A stretch of DNA of 64,000 nt from Diadema antillarum (taxonomy: Eukaryota). The DNA is taken from contig NW_027271659.1 in the NCBI RefSeq assembly GCF_040938485.1, positions 248,001-312,000 on the forward strand. The letters run 5' to 3'. The notes beneath the pieces are model-generated. The model was given only the letters and a program-made list of their open reading frames with translations. It did not search any database and was not told the DNA's origin. The translations under genes were made by a program, and so were the position numbers. The number at the start of each line of letters is the position of its first letter. Within the stretch, counting starts at the first letter, position 1. Below are positions 27,375 through 41,655 of this stretch, piece by piece.

Positions 27375-28703
27375 GAAGGTACTCGATAGCAGATTCGCAC
27401 TACGCCCCCCCCCCCCCCCTTACCTCTGATATTCTCCCCAATACGCATTCTGTGATACGTACAGCTTTAAGCTCTCTCACAGCTCCTCACATTGTGTGCG
27501 TGTGCGTGTGTGTGTGTGTGTTTATTTTTTTGTCTGTCATTTTCCCGAGCTCATCAGAAATCATCGCAACAAAAGAAAATCACAAACAAACAGCATCAAC
27601 AACAGCAAAACACATGCAAACAAAACAATATCTGATCCTTCCTACCTTTCGTCAACTATTCACAATCCATCACCTCGAATGTCGATGCGACAATCATATT
27701 AAACAAAAATCACAAAAAAAAACTGTGTAAAAAAATCTCCCAGGTTCAAACATGTTGTAAAAACATCCTTTGTGATTAGCTCCAGGCAACAGCCTTCGAG
27801 ATCAGACAGTTAAACATGTTAAATGCAAAAGGTCAATTGTATACACCATAGTAAAGGCCTTCGTTGAAAATGGAGAAAAAAACGTTGGGAAGTACCTTGC
27901 TTCACAAAAAACCTCTACATGAGATAGCTGAGATACCTATTGGTTGAGATCTCTTGGCATGCAGGTATCAGATTTCTTACTTTACAACCAAGTCACTTAA
28001 CTCACAATTCACTGGGCTGTTATTTCTACCACTTTCATCACTAGGGGAACATAACAGTGATAGTTCACATTCTATAATATTTTCTAGCTATCTCTATATT
28101 ATCTATTCTATGTGCTGGGAGAATTGATAGAATCCCTAAGAATGCACTACAGCGCTATACAAGAATGCTCAGCCGTCGAGACTGAAATCGCTGGAAAACT
28201 AACCGATGTTCAATTCTACCTCCAGAAGAAAGGCATCATGTTTTCTCTATTTTCCCCTTTCTTTGTCTAAGTAACTGGCGATCACTATTATGTTTCATAA
28301 CAAACATATTTTCCCTGCGATGTTTAGGATTGAGTGAGAGTTCAGAATGCAATGGATTTTTTCCCCCTTCCGTGCCAGAGTGTCGACAATAATTTTCACT
28401 AGGGTCTCTTTCCTGCATCTTCTTTACAATCTATGTTAACAATGATCTCTCCATGTCTACCTTTCACATTTCATCTCCTCTTTCTGGAGACCATGCTGCG
28501 TTCCCCTCCTCTTGTCGTACCCGCCCATGGAGTGTTATTGAAATTTAGACGATGCGACTGATAATGGCATAACATAGTATCGCGAGATCTCTCAGGGAAC
28601 TGCAGTCGAAAGATGTCGATATTCTGACGTGGCAGTTAGACCACTCACTCTTAGTACTTTATAGTAACACACACATACACACCCAAACAAACAAACAAAC
28701 GAA

Positions 28704-28742
<39 letters not shown>

Positions 28743-28951
28743 CCTTCTTTCTCCTGTTCTCCCTCATTTTTTTTCTAAATATTAGCATACTCACGCGGGA
28801 ATAAACCTGGCAATTTTCTTCCATCTCGCGCCGCAAATCCCAAGAATAATTCCGTTTGAATATAGCATTGGCTCATAAAAGGCAAATACTATAAAAGAAT
28901 TACACAGAATCAAACACACATTTACACGCACACACACACACTCTCTCTCTC

Positions 28952-28984
<33 letters not shown>

Positions 28985-30190
28985 GTACGCTGTATCATCA
29001 CACTCATAAAAGAATGAGCGGCGCAATTTACTTTAATCTCGCCCCGCAAATCTCATAAACTGAATACCGCTTGAAATGCATCGATAGCGACAGGTATTAA
29101 GGTATTGTTAAAAGACATATGAAACAACCAAGAGATTTGCATTACATTTTTCTCATAATGGAGGATATCGTGTTTGCCGAAAAGCAGATTATTGATTATA
29201 ATATTCTTTTCAACCTCGTCCTGTTTTACTCTACAAATCTGTTGAAAATAGAATAGAGCCGGTAAAATAAACTTTCTTGGTATTTCTTAACAGGTTTATT
29301 ATCAGGCTTCATAGTCTTTTTTTTTGTCATGCCTGCAAAAATTATTCTNNNNNNNNNNNNNNNNNNNNNNNNNNNNNNNNNNNNNNNNNNNNNNNNNNNN
29401 NNNNNNNNNNNNNNNNNNNNNNNNNNNNNNNNNNNNNNNNNNNNNNNNNNNNNNNNNNNNNNNNNNNNNNNNNNNNNNNNNNNNNNNNNNNNNNNNNNNC
29501 TCCGCCGCAAGCCATGGTTGTAATTGATTGCAGAAAAGCTTGAACACGCCGTTCTCGAACGTCGCGATCTTACCAGTTACAGTTTGCGGCGAACCAACAT
29601 CAAGGCCATAACTCCCTCTGTGATCTCCTCAAAATTGCTTCTCCTCTTTCCCGATTAAAGTGATAATACGTGTCCTATTGCTTACCATATTCTCATCATG
29701 TTATCGCAAGCCCCTCTTTTATGATCGCGATCCTTTACCGCGAATTCCGCTGCTGATATTGTAATGCTATGCGTTGTCAAACAGCCCCAACAACAGGATG
29801 AAAGTTCAGTACTACAAGGGGCCGTTATGTGGAGCCTATCAAACGGAATTTGAAATGCGTCATTTGCCTTCGAAATAACTTGCTAGAAGTTGGTTGGCGG
29901 GTAAGCGTGTGTGTGTGCGTGTGTGTGTCTGTGTGTGAAGGCAAATGGATACTGTTCTTTATTTTTCATTTTGTTTTATTTGATTCATTTCCGCATTTAA
30001 TCAAATACAAATTGAATACAAATTTCAAAAGCACAGAATTTAGAATAATATAACACTACACAAAAAGATAAACATAAGCAATTGTATTGAGCAGTATACA
30101 TATACAGCAACATGCCTTAAGATATGAATTATAGTATTTTTCAGTAAATAACAGAGATAAATGAATGTAGGAGACCACCATCGTGAGCGA

Positions 30191-30670
30191 TTAAAGGGGC
30201 ATTCCAGACGATTTTCATAATTTCACATCATGTAGTTCATAAACATGACAAGTAGACTGCTCCATGTATAGATTTGTAGAATTTATTGCGGTACTTAAGC
30301 AGAGAAACCAATACTTTGAAGAACCTTAAACAAATTACAATGAACAATGATGATGACATAGGAGGCTCACATTTTTCAGAAATGTAGCTGTGTAATTCCA
30401 TTAAAATACCGCTTGCTTAACAAGTTTACCTGTGTATAACCTATGTATACCTTCTTCTTTTGCTCTGTTTTCTCAAGCCCAACCTCACGCATTCTTATGG
30501 TGAGGCTGCCATGTCATCACCCTTGTTCATTGCAATTTGCTAGACATTTTAAAAACACATTTTTATTCTTTATCCTAACTACGATAAATTCTGAAACTCT
30601 GTGCTCAGTATAACTCATTTACGCTTGTTCAAATGTACAAGTCTGAAAATCATCCGGAGGTCTCCTTTAA
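30191..30670. mobile_element. Non-autonomous DNA transposon (MITE), TTAA-flanked, Kolobok-like termini
   Basis: Left end TTAA-AGGGGCATTCCAGACGATTTTC; right end (reverse complement) TTAA-AGGAGACCTCCGGATGATTTTC. A related fragment lies at 34734. Confidence 0.7.
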
Positions 30671-32663
30671 GCCTGGAATGGATGGGCAACACCTTTCGCA
30701 ACATAAATACCACTTGCCGATCAGCAAATACGTCTGGAACCTTAGACTATGTCTCTTCAAATTAGCAAAGGAATGACATGATGGTCGTCTGTATTGCTCG
30801 TTTCAGGATAAAGGCTTCGGCGACGACATTTTTGACGCACCCCGAGATGACACTAGAACATGTTCAAGTGTCATCAACTGCAGGTATACACACATGTCCC
30901 TGTCAAAAGCTGTTCCTTCATGAAAGGAGGACGTGCCACTTTAGTCAGAAGGGATGGTATGCAAGGAACAACAGACAGACACACACACACAAAACCAGAT
31001 CAGTTCACCCCCATGTGCTCAGTGTGCTTGAGATTAAAAGACTCATTAGTGTTAATTAGCTTTGGAATACTCCAGTCTGCGCACTCTCTTCCCCTTGATC
31101 CCACCCCCATCCTCCTCCCCCCCCCCCCCTCCTTCCCCCACCCCCCGCTTCTTCTGCTTTTTCTTCTCCTCCTCCTCCGTAGAGTTCCCAGGCATTTTAC
31201 GTCGAGTGGCCATGCCGGGGGCTCCAGAGAGATCGTCATTTCGTAGAGCTCGGGAGATATAATTTTATTTGTTTTCAAGTGTGTGGGTGTGATGTGCAGG
31301 TAATCACTTTGTCTACGGCATTTCGGGCGTTTGCCTGAGCAATTCGTCAGAGTGTGGTTTGTATCGTAGAAAGAATTTCTCCCTCGTTTTCTTCCGGCAA
31401 GCACGGTGACGGATGAGTCTCCGATTTGTCTCGTACATAGAAAGCGTCGTGTTATAAGTACAAGACTTTTGCTGCGGTGTTTGGATTGGTTCATATCAAA
31501 TGAACATCACGTTCCGCTTTGAGAGCTATGTCACATTTTTTTTTCTTGCTCCAAGCAATATCATGAAGCCTTGCATATTTGTCAGAATGAATAAAAGAAA
31601 TGAAGAAGGAGGGAATATGAGAATCACGTTCGGAAGTTTGAAAGAGATCGACGCAGTTTCTTTCGGTGTTTTCATCTTTCTGGATATTGGAGTCATCTTT
31701 TGTCATCCGAAAATAATACAGCACCTCTCTTGAAATGAACGGGAAGTCGTGATGGCATCGGGATAAAAGAGACAAAGCTTATAGCTGTCACGTGTGAGTG
31801 GTTCCTCGATATCACACGTTTGGCCGTCGTGTTCAAGGGACGTCACGAAATTAAAGGCAGGGACAGCTGATGACGTATAGAAAATGAACAATTTTTGCCT
31901 TTGATGTCATCTACTTTCATATTCTTTTGACCCTTCCCTTGTAGATCGTGATTAAACACGGCATTACTGCGATAGGTTCTGTCATTCCCGAAATAGGTGC
32001 TCATATTATTGTCCTTACGCAACGGTTCACAGATTGTGTCACATCACACATGAAAATGGTTAAAATCTCAAGATCTTTGACGTCACAAACGCCTCTACTC
32101 CTACCACTCGGTATTACACGGGATAAAACTGAAACACAAAATAAAACAAAGCAAGAACGAACCCTCTGGCGTTTTGGTGTCGGTGTTTTGGTAAACGTCA
32201 TTATTTAAGATGATACATCTCATTGAGAAATGGCCTTTCTCCATCGTTTTTTATTACGGAAAGAACGTGATACGATTAGACAGTTGACTATAAATAGATA
32301 TGTCTTTTGTCAGGTTTGTTTGTTTGTTTGTTTGCTTATTTGTTTGCTCGCTTGCTTGTGTCTGTTGTTGTCGTTGCTGATGTTGTTTCTTGGCCAATTC
32401 TTTCAGGGACCGCCAAAAAAAAACTGCAATAGATGGATAAAACCATGTCATGTCAATGGAAGTTTAGCAACTGCTGTTGAGTCCAAGAAAAGTAATATAA
32501 AGATTGAAGATAATTATGAAGACTCGAAGAAGGTAAACCAGTCTACCACGTGATCTATCCAGCTGCTTCGTTCAGTTGGTGAGTGACGGAAATAAGACAG
32601 ACATTCGGGGAGTTCCGAAAGGAAAGACCGCGCACCTGTGAAAGAAAATATCACACACGTTTA

Positions 32664-32742
32664 ATTCATTTTGATTCAGTCGCTTCACTAGCAGCTAGGA
32701 TAATATCCTAGCTGCTAGTGAAGCGACTGAATCAAAATGAAT
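32664..32742. repeat. Perfect 79-bp palindrome (39-bp arms, 1-nt centre)
   Basis: ATTCATTTTGATTCAGTCGCTTCACTAGCAGCTAGGATA-A-TATCCTAGCTGCTAGTGAAGCGACTGAATCAAAATGAAT, no mismatches. Confidence 0.95.
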
Positions 32743-32817
32743 ATACGTCTCATTCCTTTCTTTCTTGTGTATGAGGGTTTATATCTATGTGTGTGTATAT
32801 ATTTGTGTGTAGTGTGT

Positions 32818-32865
<48 letters not shown>

Positions 32866-34733
32866 GCGTTTTGATATTGACACACCGATTTCCATTTGAT
32901 TATTCTTTATCATATGAAAGTGGATAAATTGCAGAATCTTTTTTTTTTTTGCGGTATGACCCAAATTATTAGGAAAATCTCTGAACTAAAATTACGGCAA
33001 AACGAAATGAAACGCAAATTTAATTCCATTGGTTCCCTCTGGTGCACAGTCGTCCCAGAATTGAGGCCAGAAACAAAAACAAAAAAATTGAAATGAAGCC
33101 CGAATGACATGACTGCACGTTGCCGATGGCACAGAGTCTTGAATGAAAGAAATAGACATCTCATTTCAAACTTGCTCTAGAGTGAGTCAATGCAATTTTC
33201 GGATTGATATAGGTGGTATTATTGACCTGCGAAATAATGTTGCAAGAATGCAGTCATTGGAATACCATTTTTCGTGGTAACTCTTACGTACAGTAACTAT
33301 AGTATGTCACATCTGTACCTTATTATTCTCTCATATCATCCTTCTCTCTATCTTTTTGTTGTTGTTAACATTCTTTACAATATCTTATGTTGGTTGGTTA
33401 AATTAATATGTCGATCAATCTTTGTAAATTCTATTAGATATTATTTCATTTTCTTCAGTGAGAAAGAAAGAGGCAGAGAGACTACAATAATTGGACGGAG
33501 GGTTTCAATATGCAACGATGAAGCTTGTTTTCTTTGCCATGTTTTCCTTACGTCTGTGGTCACTATCCGATTCGGTAAAGAGTTTGTGGACGGAACATTA
33601 CCAAAGTGGGCTCAACATATTGTACTAACATTCCATCAGAATCTGCTATATTCAATAATAGTAGAAGAAAGAGAAGAAGAGGAAAAAAACTGAAGAAGAC
33701 GTTGTGTCCCTACCAATTTCCCGGTAACTTTGTCACTGTTTGTCGCATCACTAGGCCTACGCACAAGTATATTGCGGTATATATCAATACACCAAAGCGC
33801 GCGGAGATTTTCGCACTGGGCGGGACTTAGGTTGCGGTCATTCCCGATCGTGTTGGAAACGGCGCGGAAGAAATTACAGTCCGGAACTACAATCTTCTTG
33901 AGATGGAGAGTATAAAGGAAAGTAAGAGAAGAGAAAAAACAAACAAAGGCATCTGCTTTGTTTCTCGCCATCATTCTACGGTAAAGTAGATGAATGGTTA
34001 AGTCACCACTTGGCAGGTAGTGCGAAAAAAAGGCCTGACATTATTGCTTTAACTTTCAATCACTCAGAACTCCCATTCATCCGGATGCCCGCTCGCCGTT
34101 GAGGTCCTAAGAATGACAAACTATCGATTTGAACTCCGTTGTGAGATGCATGCATATAAACGAAGTAATCAAACTGCAAACCGAACAATCAAGCACTAAA
34201 AAGAAAAAGACAACCCACGTAACATCTCTTACAATTAAAAAAAAAGATAACAGAAGCTATATAAAATGACAATGATAATCAACCACACTTCGAGTTAATA
34301 ATCTATGGATTTTAAAAAATGAACATTTTCGTCGAATTGTAATGCCTCGTTATAAGTATAGACACCTAGTGCATAGCTGTTTCTTCGTCATTGAAAACAA
34401 ACTATAGCAGTGCAAGTATCTTCCCACTGTCTCCCCATTACCATGCTTTCCTTTTTCTTTTGCGATGTCACATCGCATTAGATGAAATGGATTCATTTCA
34501 TTTTATGGCGCGGCAAGAAATATCAATTCGTTCTGGAGCCAATAAAAGTGATCCTCCCCCTCCCCACCCACCCCCTTCCCATCGCTTTTCTCAGGCTTCT
34601 CAACGTTCTGACCCCGGTCATTGTCTTTCATGCTCTTCCCCCCCCCCCCCCACCCCCCTCACCCCCTCTGTAAGCACCTCTCTCTCAATCTCGAGCGGTC
34701 TTCATCTTCCACATAATGAATAGGCCCTATACC

Positions 34734-34860
34734 TTAAAGAAAGCCTTCGGATGATTTTTCAGACTTTCACGTTTGAACAACTTTAACTCAGTTATACTGA
34801 GTACTGAGATTCAAAATGACATGGCAGCCCCACCGTGAGAATGTATGGGTGAGGTCTCTA
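34734..34860. mobile_element. Terminal fragment of the same family as 30191-30670, opposite orientation
   Basis: TTAAAGAAAGCCTTCGGATGATTTTTCAGACTT...GTTATACTGAGTAC...ATGACATGGCAGCCCCACC matches the reverse complement of about 30490-30670. Confidence 0.65.
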
Positions 34861-37029
34861 GGAAGTAGAACAAAAGAAGAAGGTATGTATAGATCATCAT
34901 GCATAGGTAAACTTATTAAGGAAGCGATATTGTAATGGAATTGCACTGCTTCATTTCTGCAATATGTAAAACACTCCTATGTCATCTACACTGTTCAGTG
35001 TAATTTGTTTAAGTTTTTTCGGAGTATTGGTTTCTCTGCTGAAGGACCACAACGTATTCCACAAATCCCTACATGGAGCTATCGATTTACTATGTCAGAA
35101 TGTGAAATTATGAAAATCGTCTGGAATGCCCCCCCCCCCTCCCTTAACTCCACACCATGCATATCCCTGCCTCTCTCAGTCCTCCTGGTCCGATCACCAC
35201 CCCTACTCCACCCACCAATGTCACCCCTCTATACACCAATACTCATCTCCAGCCCCCTTCATACACCCCTTCTGTTAGGGATGGGAAGGAGAGCTTACAA
35301 ATCACCTCATATTCCACGCCATCCTTCACCTCTTTCAGAGTAAATTTCGCAGTGTTCTTACAACTGGCATGATGTTCATTGCATGCAATAAAAGCAAGAG
35401 CGATAAGCACAAGTCCTTTCTCTAATAATATCTTCAAAACCGTCCGAGTGGGAGTCGTTGCCAGGCATCCTAATTCTGTCAATTCTCATACGAAGATACC
35501 GTTCGGGAGACGCCTGGCGGTTGGGCAATGGGTGAAATTCAAGCAGCGAAAAGGACAAAGTTGCCTTGGTATTCTTGAATATCAGCAACTTCCATTAAAG
35601 CCGACGAGAGCTCCTTTTCAAAACCTCTTACCAGAAATGCAAATTTAACAGCACTGCGAACATGCGATATCCTTAGCTCTTTTATGCGGGATTAAAAGAG
35701 AGATGCTTTGAAAATAAACCAAGGCGAAAACAAAACAAGACAATTACGGAAACTGTGGCTGGAACGGCTTTATATCGCATGGACACAACGAACCTTTGCT
35801 GTGCTGATCACGACACCTTACACATGCAGGGATGACTGATCAAGCTCTTACATGCACACATAATCAAGCTCCTCAACCTACTTCTGAGCCTTCCTCCTCC
35901 TCCTCCTCGTCTACAGAGCACCATACAAAAGGCGAATCAGCCACCTAGTTTCTGTAACCTCCCAAGTCATTTCCGTGGTATCCTAGGCAGGGATTTTATC
36001 CATCTAAGCATTACCTCCGCCTACTATTATCTCCAGGGCAGGGTAATGAAGTAACAGATCAAAGTATTAAACGATAGGAATTTTCCTGCAATGGTGCAGT
36101 GTGCAGTAATCTAGTTGTCATTTTGTTCTCATCGTTTGACTGTTTTATACATTGTGTTGTAAAATCTAGTCGTCTGCCCTGTCCGTAGTATACAGTCCCT
36201 TCCGGCAGCTCCTCATCATGTTTTGTTTTGATTCTTTTTCTTCATTGTCTATTTTTTCTGCTATAAGGGTAAAGTCTCCTTTAATTTCGACCTAGTTCTA
36301 CTTATTTCAATTCTCTGTTTCTTGTTTTGCTTTTCGCTTATCACTTTGTTTGCTTCCTTCATCTTCTTTTTAATTCTTCTGTTCCTTTTTTCGTCAAATC
36401 AATGATATCAAAAATTCAATTAGGAAGAACATGATCTGTCAAATGTTTTGGTTCCCAGACGCACCTTTGCTAGTGACAACGTAAATTTGTAGTAGTACGG
36501 TACTGTAAATGCTTTTTGTTTCTGCAGGCACAAATCACCCTCCCCCATTAGAAGACAGCGAAGCTACATTTCTATGACAGCCACTCCTTTACGGCAGACC
36601 GCAGTCATCACCTCACCGCATCACCCCGATACCCTCCCTTCACCGACACCCCGACCACAACTCCCCCTTGCCCTGCTCCAGTTAACTCCCATCCACTTAC
36701 TAGTAGTCCTCAATACCCCCATAAGTACGACATTCATGCTCAAATACAGCGATCGCAGTGTTTGTCTATCCGGTCGCATCCAATCTTCTATCAGTATTCT
36801 TTTCAAAATGTTTTCAGCATTGCCTTAAATGGAATGAAGAAAAAAAAGCAGTCATGTACAGACCAGCATCAGACTACACTCTCCTAAGCAATTATTAAAT
36901 GATTGCAACAATGTTTAACGGTGACCATGGTGACGATAACCTTTCCATCATGATAATAGAGCTTCGAATACGTGTGCATACAAAAGTAGATTTTGATGGA
37001 TGAGTGCTATATATGAGGGTGTCGGAGGC

Positions 37030-38210
37030 ATAGTACAGATCTTATTAGTTACCTGCTATCCCAAAATATTTGAAAAAGACAACTTCGGTAAATTAAATAA
37101 TCATTCCCAACGATGAACAATATTCGTTACATGTTACAATCTGGGTATAGAACGAACTCTTCAATTGAATTTTGTACAATTAAATAAAATCACACACTTA
37201 TTTTCTTTTCAGGTATACACTGATTGGAGTTCGGCATTTGACGCCATAAAATCATATCATTAAAATGTTCTTTATAAATTAGATAATCATGGTATTAACA
37301 GCGTTGCTATAACGCCTCCGTTTGATTTGTCTAATATGCAGTAATTTGTTTCATTCATCTTCGACTGATATCAAATGTAGAGTTCAGGGTTCTAAACTTG
37401 GCCCCACGTTGTTGTTGTTTTTTTTTACCTTTAGTAATGGCATTGCTAATGAACCTCCAATTCTTAAAGTCACAAGTTTTGCTGATGATACCACTATTCT
37501 GCTATTCCACTAATCCAGTCTAAATTTGAATGCCATGGTAGGAATTTCAAGTGCAAAAGTGATCAAAATATTAACCTGTTCAAAATGTAATGCGTTATCT
37601 TTGAATATGAACAAATCAAATTTCATGCAATTTCAAACTACAAACATAAGCATATACACCAGTCCTTTCATATTGATGCAAACATTGATGGCTTATCATT
37701 GCATTGCACACAAAAAAGTATTTAAAAAATTCTAGGTTTTACAACAAACCTAGAATAGGTTTATAAGGTATATACCTAACATAACAATTCAAATGACATA
37801 GGAATCTATTGTATATGAATATCAAGTTCTATCAATCATAAATTAGGGTAATACATATATGACACAGTATAGTATGATCATTCTTAATTACAGAAGAAGT
37901 TTGTAAGAATTTGTACTTGATATCTGTGCATACAACCATACTAAACCTTTATTTCAAAAAGTGAAAGTCCTTAATGTACAAGACGTAAAATATTCTATAA
38001 ACTGCAATATTCGTGTTCAAGAACATGAAAAATGTACTTCCATGTGTATAGCTACAGAGATTAGTTTTGGCATAACAGAAATTTCCACGCTTTCATAATG
38101 CGTACACGTAATGATAGTAGTATTCACTTGAATAAGTCCAAACTCTAAGTAGGTCATTATTTTCTTAGACATTATGGCTTTCCCTGATTGAATTTAATTC
38201 TTAAGCCCCT
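37030..38210 (+). mobile_element. Degenerate non-LTR retrotransposon (CR1/L2-type) reverse transcriptase fragment, 5'-truncated
   Basis: Frameshifted motifs in RT order: PAIPKIFEK, AFD-like, QGSKLGPTLL, FADDTTILL, LSLNMNKSNF, QKKFVRI, HTKPLFQK. Many stops. Confidence 0.85.
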
Positions 38211-39745
38211 TTAGAAAGAGACAAATGAAAGAGAACATCTTACACATACAGATACTGTACTGATGGGTTGTAAAAGTTGTTTACGAAAAAAAAAATTACC
38301 TAATCTTTCAAATATAGTGAACCCAATGATTAATCAAAATGGTAACGTTGTTATACTATCGTTGATTACTACCTCAGGCAAATCGAAAAAAAGGGTAATT
38401 GTCATCTTTCAAATGTATAAAATTCTGAATTGAAATAATTACGCAGTACTGGTTGCTGCAAGCTGTAAGGATTAGAACCAGCACTGACGGTCGTGCGGGA
38501 GCTCGGTGGTTTACTCGATAAGACGTCTGTCCGGTAATCAAGATGTGATATAGGTACGAATATTGCCCGACTATGTATGGTCATGATTTTTTTCTTGTTT
38601 ATCATGGCTACTACTAAACATTGATTAACGTCGATGTAGGGTAATTTTTCAATCAGTTGCATTTTCATCTTTATTATGGCTTCACTGATCTAATTAATAT
38701 TTCAGTCTATATTAGTCCATCGTTCACCACATTAGTTACTGTCCTATCATCTCGTTAAAGCTGCGTTTACACCACGTTCCCGGCAATCACGGCAATCATG
38801 TTTCAGGCCACCGTGGAATAAATGGGATGGACGTGAACCGACGCAGTGAGATGGTATTGTCAAACGTGACAGACCGTGTCAGATTTTAAACTGTCACAAA
38901 TTTTGCCACGGCAGTCCCGGTTCTAATGAGGAATTTTGTATGCCGTGACAAAACGGGCTGAACGCAACGAAACACGGCTGCACGTAATAGGACGTAACAA
39001 AACTTGGAGGCTGTCCGTAACGGGACGCGAAGGAAAACATTGATAGTCTAGCCTGATCAGGCGCCGTGAGAACAGCGTCTGATAGCTATATGTTCACCGG
39101 GGCGAGGACTGGAACGAACAAGACTAGAATACTAGACTTGACGTGGGTAAAGTTAGGGAAATAATTTTTCAGTTCAAACGAGGACAGTGATGGTGTCGGT
39201 TCATGTGGTTCTTATGCTAATCTACAATGCATATGATCCGCACAAGACTAGGATGAAAGACGTTTCTGATCTCTACAGGCTTCGAAAGGTCGTTATACTC
39301 ATCGCTTTAAAACCTCGGCCATTATGTTCGAAAGCAGGTGTGCTTACATGAAAAGTCACAACACACATCTCACAAGGGTTTCCTTTCCACGCGGTTTTAT
39401 AAGCGGTTTCTTCATGTGCTCTTTGCGTCATTGACACCACTCCCATTCTTTACAAGAAGACAAACCAATCCCAAAATGAAGGGGTATAAAAAAACAGCAA
39501 ACAGACAAGATATGTAGTATATTTGTCTTTCTTTGGTAACAAACGTCTTTGTGTCTCTCCACACACAATTGGACTCCCCCCAGTTCGCCATGCTTGGTGT
39601 TTGGCAACATCCAAACACCACTTAATAACTGGCATCAAGCCCCTTCGAAGGTGTCATCTCGCCCACTTGCGAACTCATAAAACCACCTGTCCTTGAAACA
39701 GTAGAGCGCGAGTGTCGACAAGTGCGAAACAGACAGACAAACACA

Positions 39746-39792
<47 letters not shown>

Positions 39793-41585
39793 ACTGATCT
39801 TGATAGACAGAAATATTACTTCTTTGGTTATACAACTCGGCGCATCCATGACTACCTGCATGTAGGTGTCACTGCTGTTGCTATTGTTCTTGAGTCCGCT
39901 ACATAGGTGCAACATCTTATAACGATAACTTGAGTGTTTGTGAAACATGCCACGACAACTCAAGGAAGAAAGAGATTATTGTGTGCGTGCATGTGCATGT
40001 GTGTGTATGTTTTTCAGTTTCTGTTTTCACTGGAATATTGATGAACAAGGCTCCGATTTGATAGTGAGTGCTCCAGAAGAGGCGCTAATGCATCAGCTTA
40101 AAACTGCGTCTTAATGGAAGATGGGGAAATACTACTTGTCTTTGGGGGCCTGTAAAGTTGGAGCAAGGCTTAGTGTAATCAACGGTCTAAGCACGTTGAG
40201 ATTCTGCTAAGCACCCATTAAAATCTCTGGCAAAGGGTACAAAGTGGCGGGGTATTTACACGCTAAGCATTCTGTCTTTGTCACATGTGAATTTTAAAAG
40301 GCCACGATGTTTTTTAGATGTCAAAATATGAAGGAAAAGGAATAAAGAGACACTTCAAAATGGCAACAAGGAGCAGTCGTAAAATTATCAGGAAAAAAAA
40401 CCGATGAAACAAAAGACATACTGTCTATTGCAAGAATGATTAAGATTATAACAATCACGATCTTGGTTGTTATAGTGATGGTTATAATAACTATACAATC
40501 ATTGTAATAACCACGATAATGTAAAGATGATAAAGCTGATATAATTAATATCATTGTCCTTAAGTTGGAAGTGATAGACAAAGAAACATCTAAAGCTTTC
40601 AAATCAATGGTTGATACGACAAGAAAGTGAGAAAGTTAATCAATTAAAACAGACATAGGTGAGAGAAATTAGAAAAAAAGATGAATGCTGGTCGTACAAT
40701 GACTTTGCAAATGGACAAAAATCAAGTTAACGTTCCTTCTGAGCTTGACGTATAGGATTACAGACAAAAAGCATTCTCATATAGATGCAGATATATTGTA
40801 TACGTCCAAATGTCGTCGAGAACCCGAGGTACAACGTGTGCATCACTAGACTAGATGTGATAAAAGTTGACAGAATTGGACTTGGTAAAAGAATTGGACT
40901 TGATAGTCAAAGAGAATAGAAGACTCCGGCCGTGTTTTTCTTCCGATCATCACGGTCCGGCATTTCATCCTTGTTGCGGTTTCCGTCATCTCTTTACATT
41001 ACTCTGGGACTAATCAGTTCGGCAGACCACCAAAAGACCAATATCGAATTGTCTCTATTGAACTTCCACCGCTTGACAAAGCCACTGCCTTGCTAGACAG
41101 CACTGCACTTTTCGCGCCGACGAAGCTTGAAACTCTTCTCTCCTAAATCTAAAATCCCATAGTGTCGTAAAACTGGTTGACAGAAAAAGACTAGGACGAT
41201 CAAGAAAGGTAAATTAGGCAGTTTTAATCAGTGCTATGCCATAAAATAGGTGCTCAAAAGAAAACACAACCGAGTAATTCTCGGATGTTTCACGAGTGCA
41301 TTGACAAATATTTGGCCACTTACTAAGTGTTTTGGACCTCTTGTATCTCTAACCTACCAGCCGACCATAGCTGCTCTAACACTCCCAACTAATTGTTATT
41401 GCTCTCCATTTTCACTATTAAACAGCCAGCTACATAGATTTACCCCCTGGCGATCTGAACTAAAAAAACACCCTGAATGCATTTTTATTTGCAAATTTCT
41501 TTCCTTGATATCATTTCAAAGGGGACAGGGATGATTAATGAATTGAAGTCACGTTTCTCTGGTGCGAAATCATGTGCCAGTGACA

Positions 41586-41586
<1 letters not shown>

Positions 41587-41652
<66 letters not shown>
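41587..41652. repeat. (CA)n microsatellite, one of many (also about 7457, 12897, 16368, 28707, 32822, 39743, 54916)
   Basis: Directly visible dinucleotide runs. Confidence 0.95.

Positions 41653-41655
<3 letters not shown>

Noticed and set aside
39820-39835. TCTTTGGTTAT resembles the 5' half of miR-9
   Set aside because: The 3' half does not match and there is no hairpin partner.
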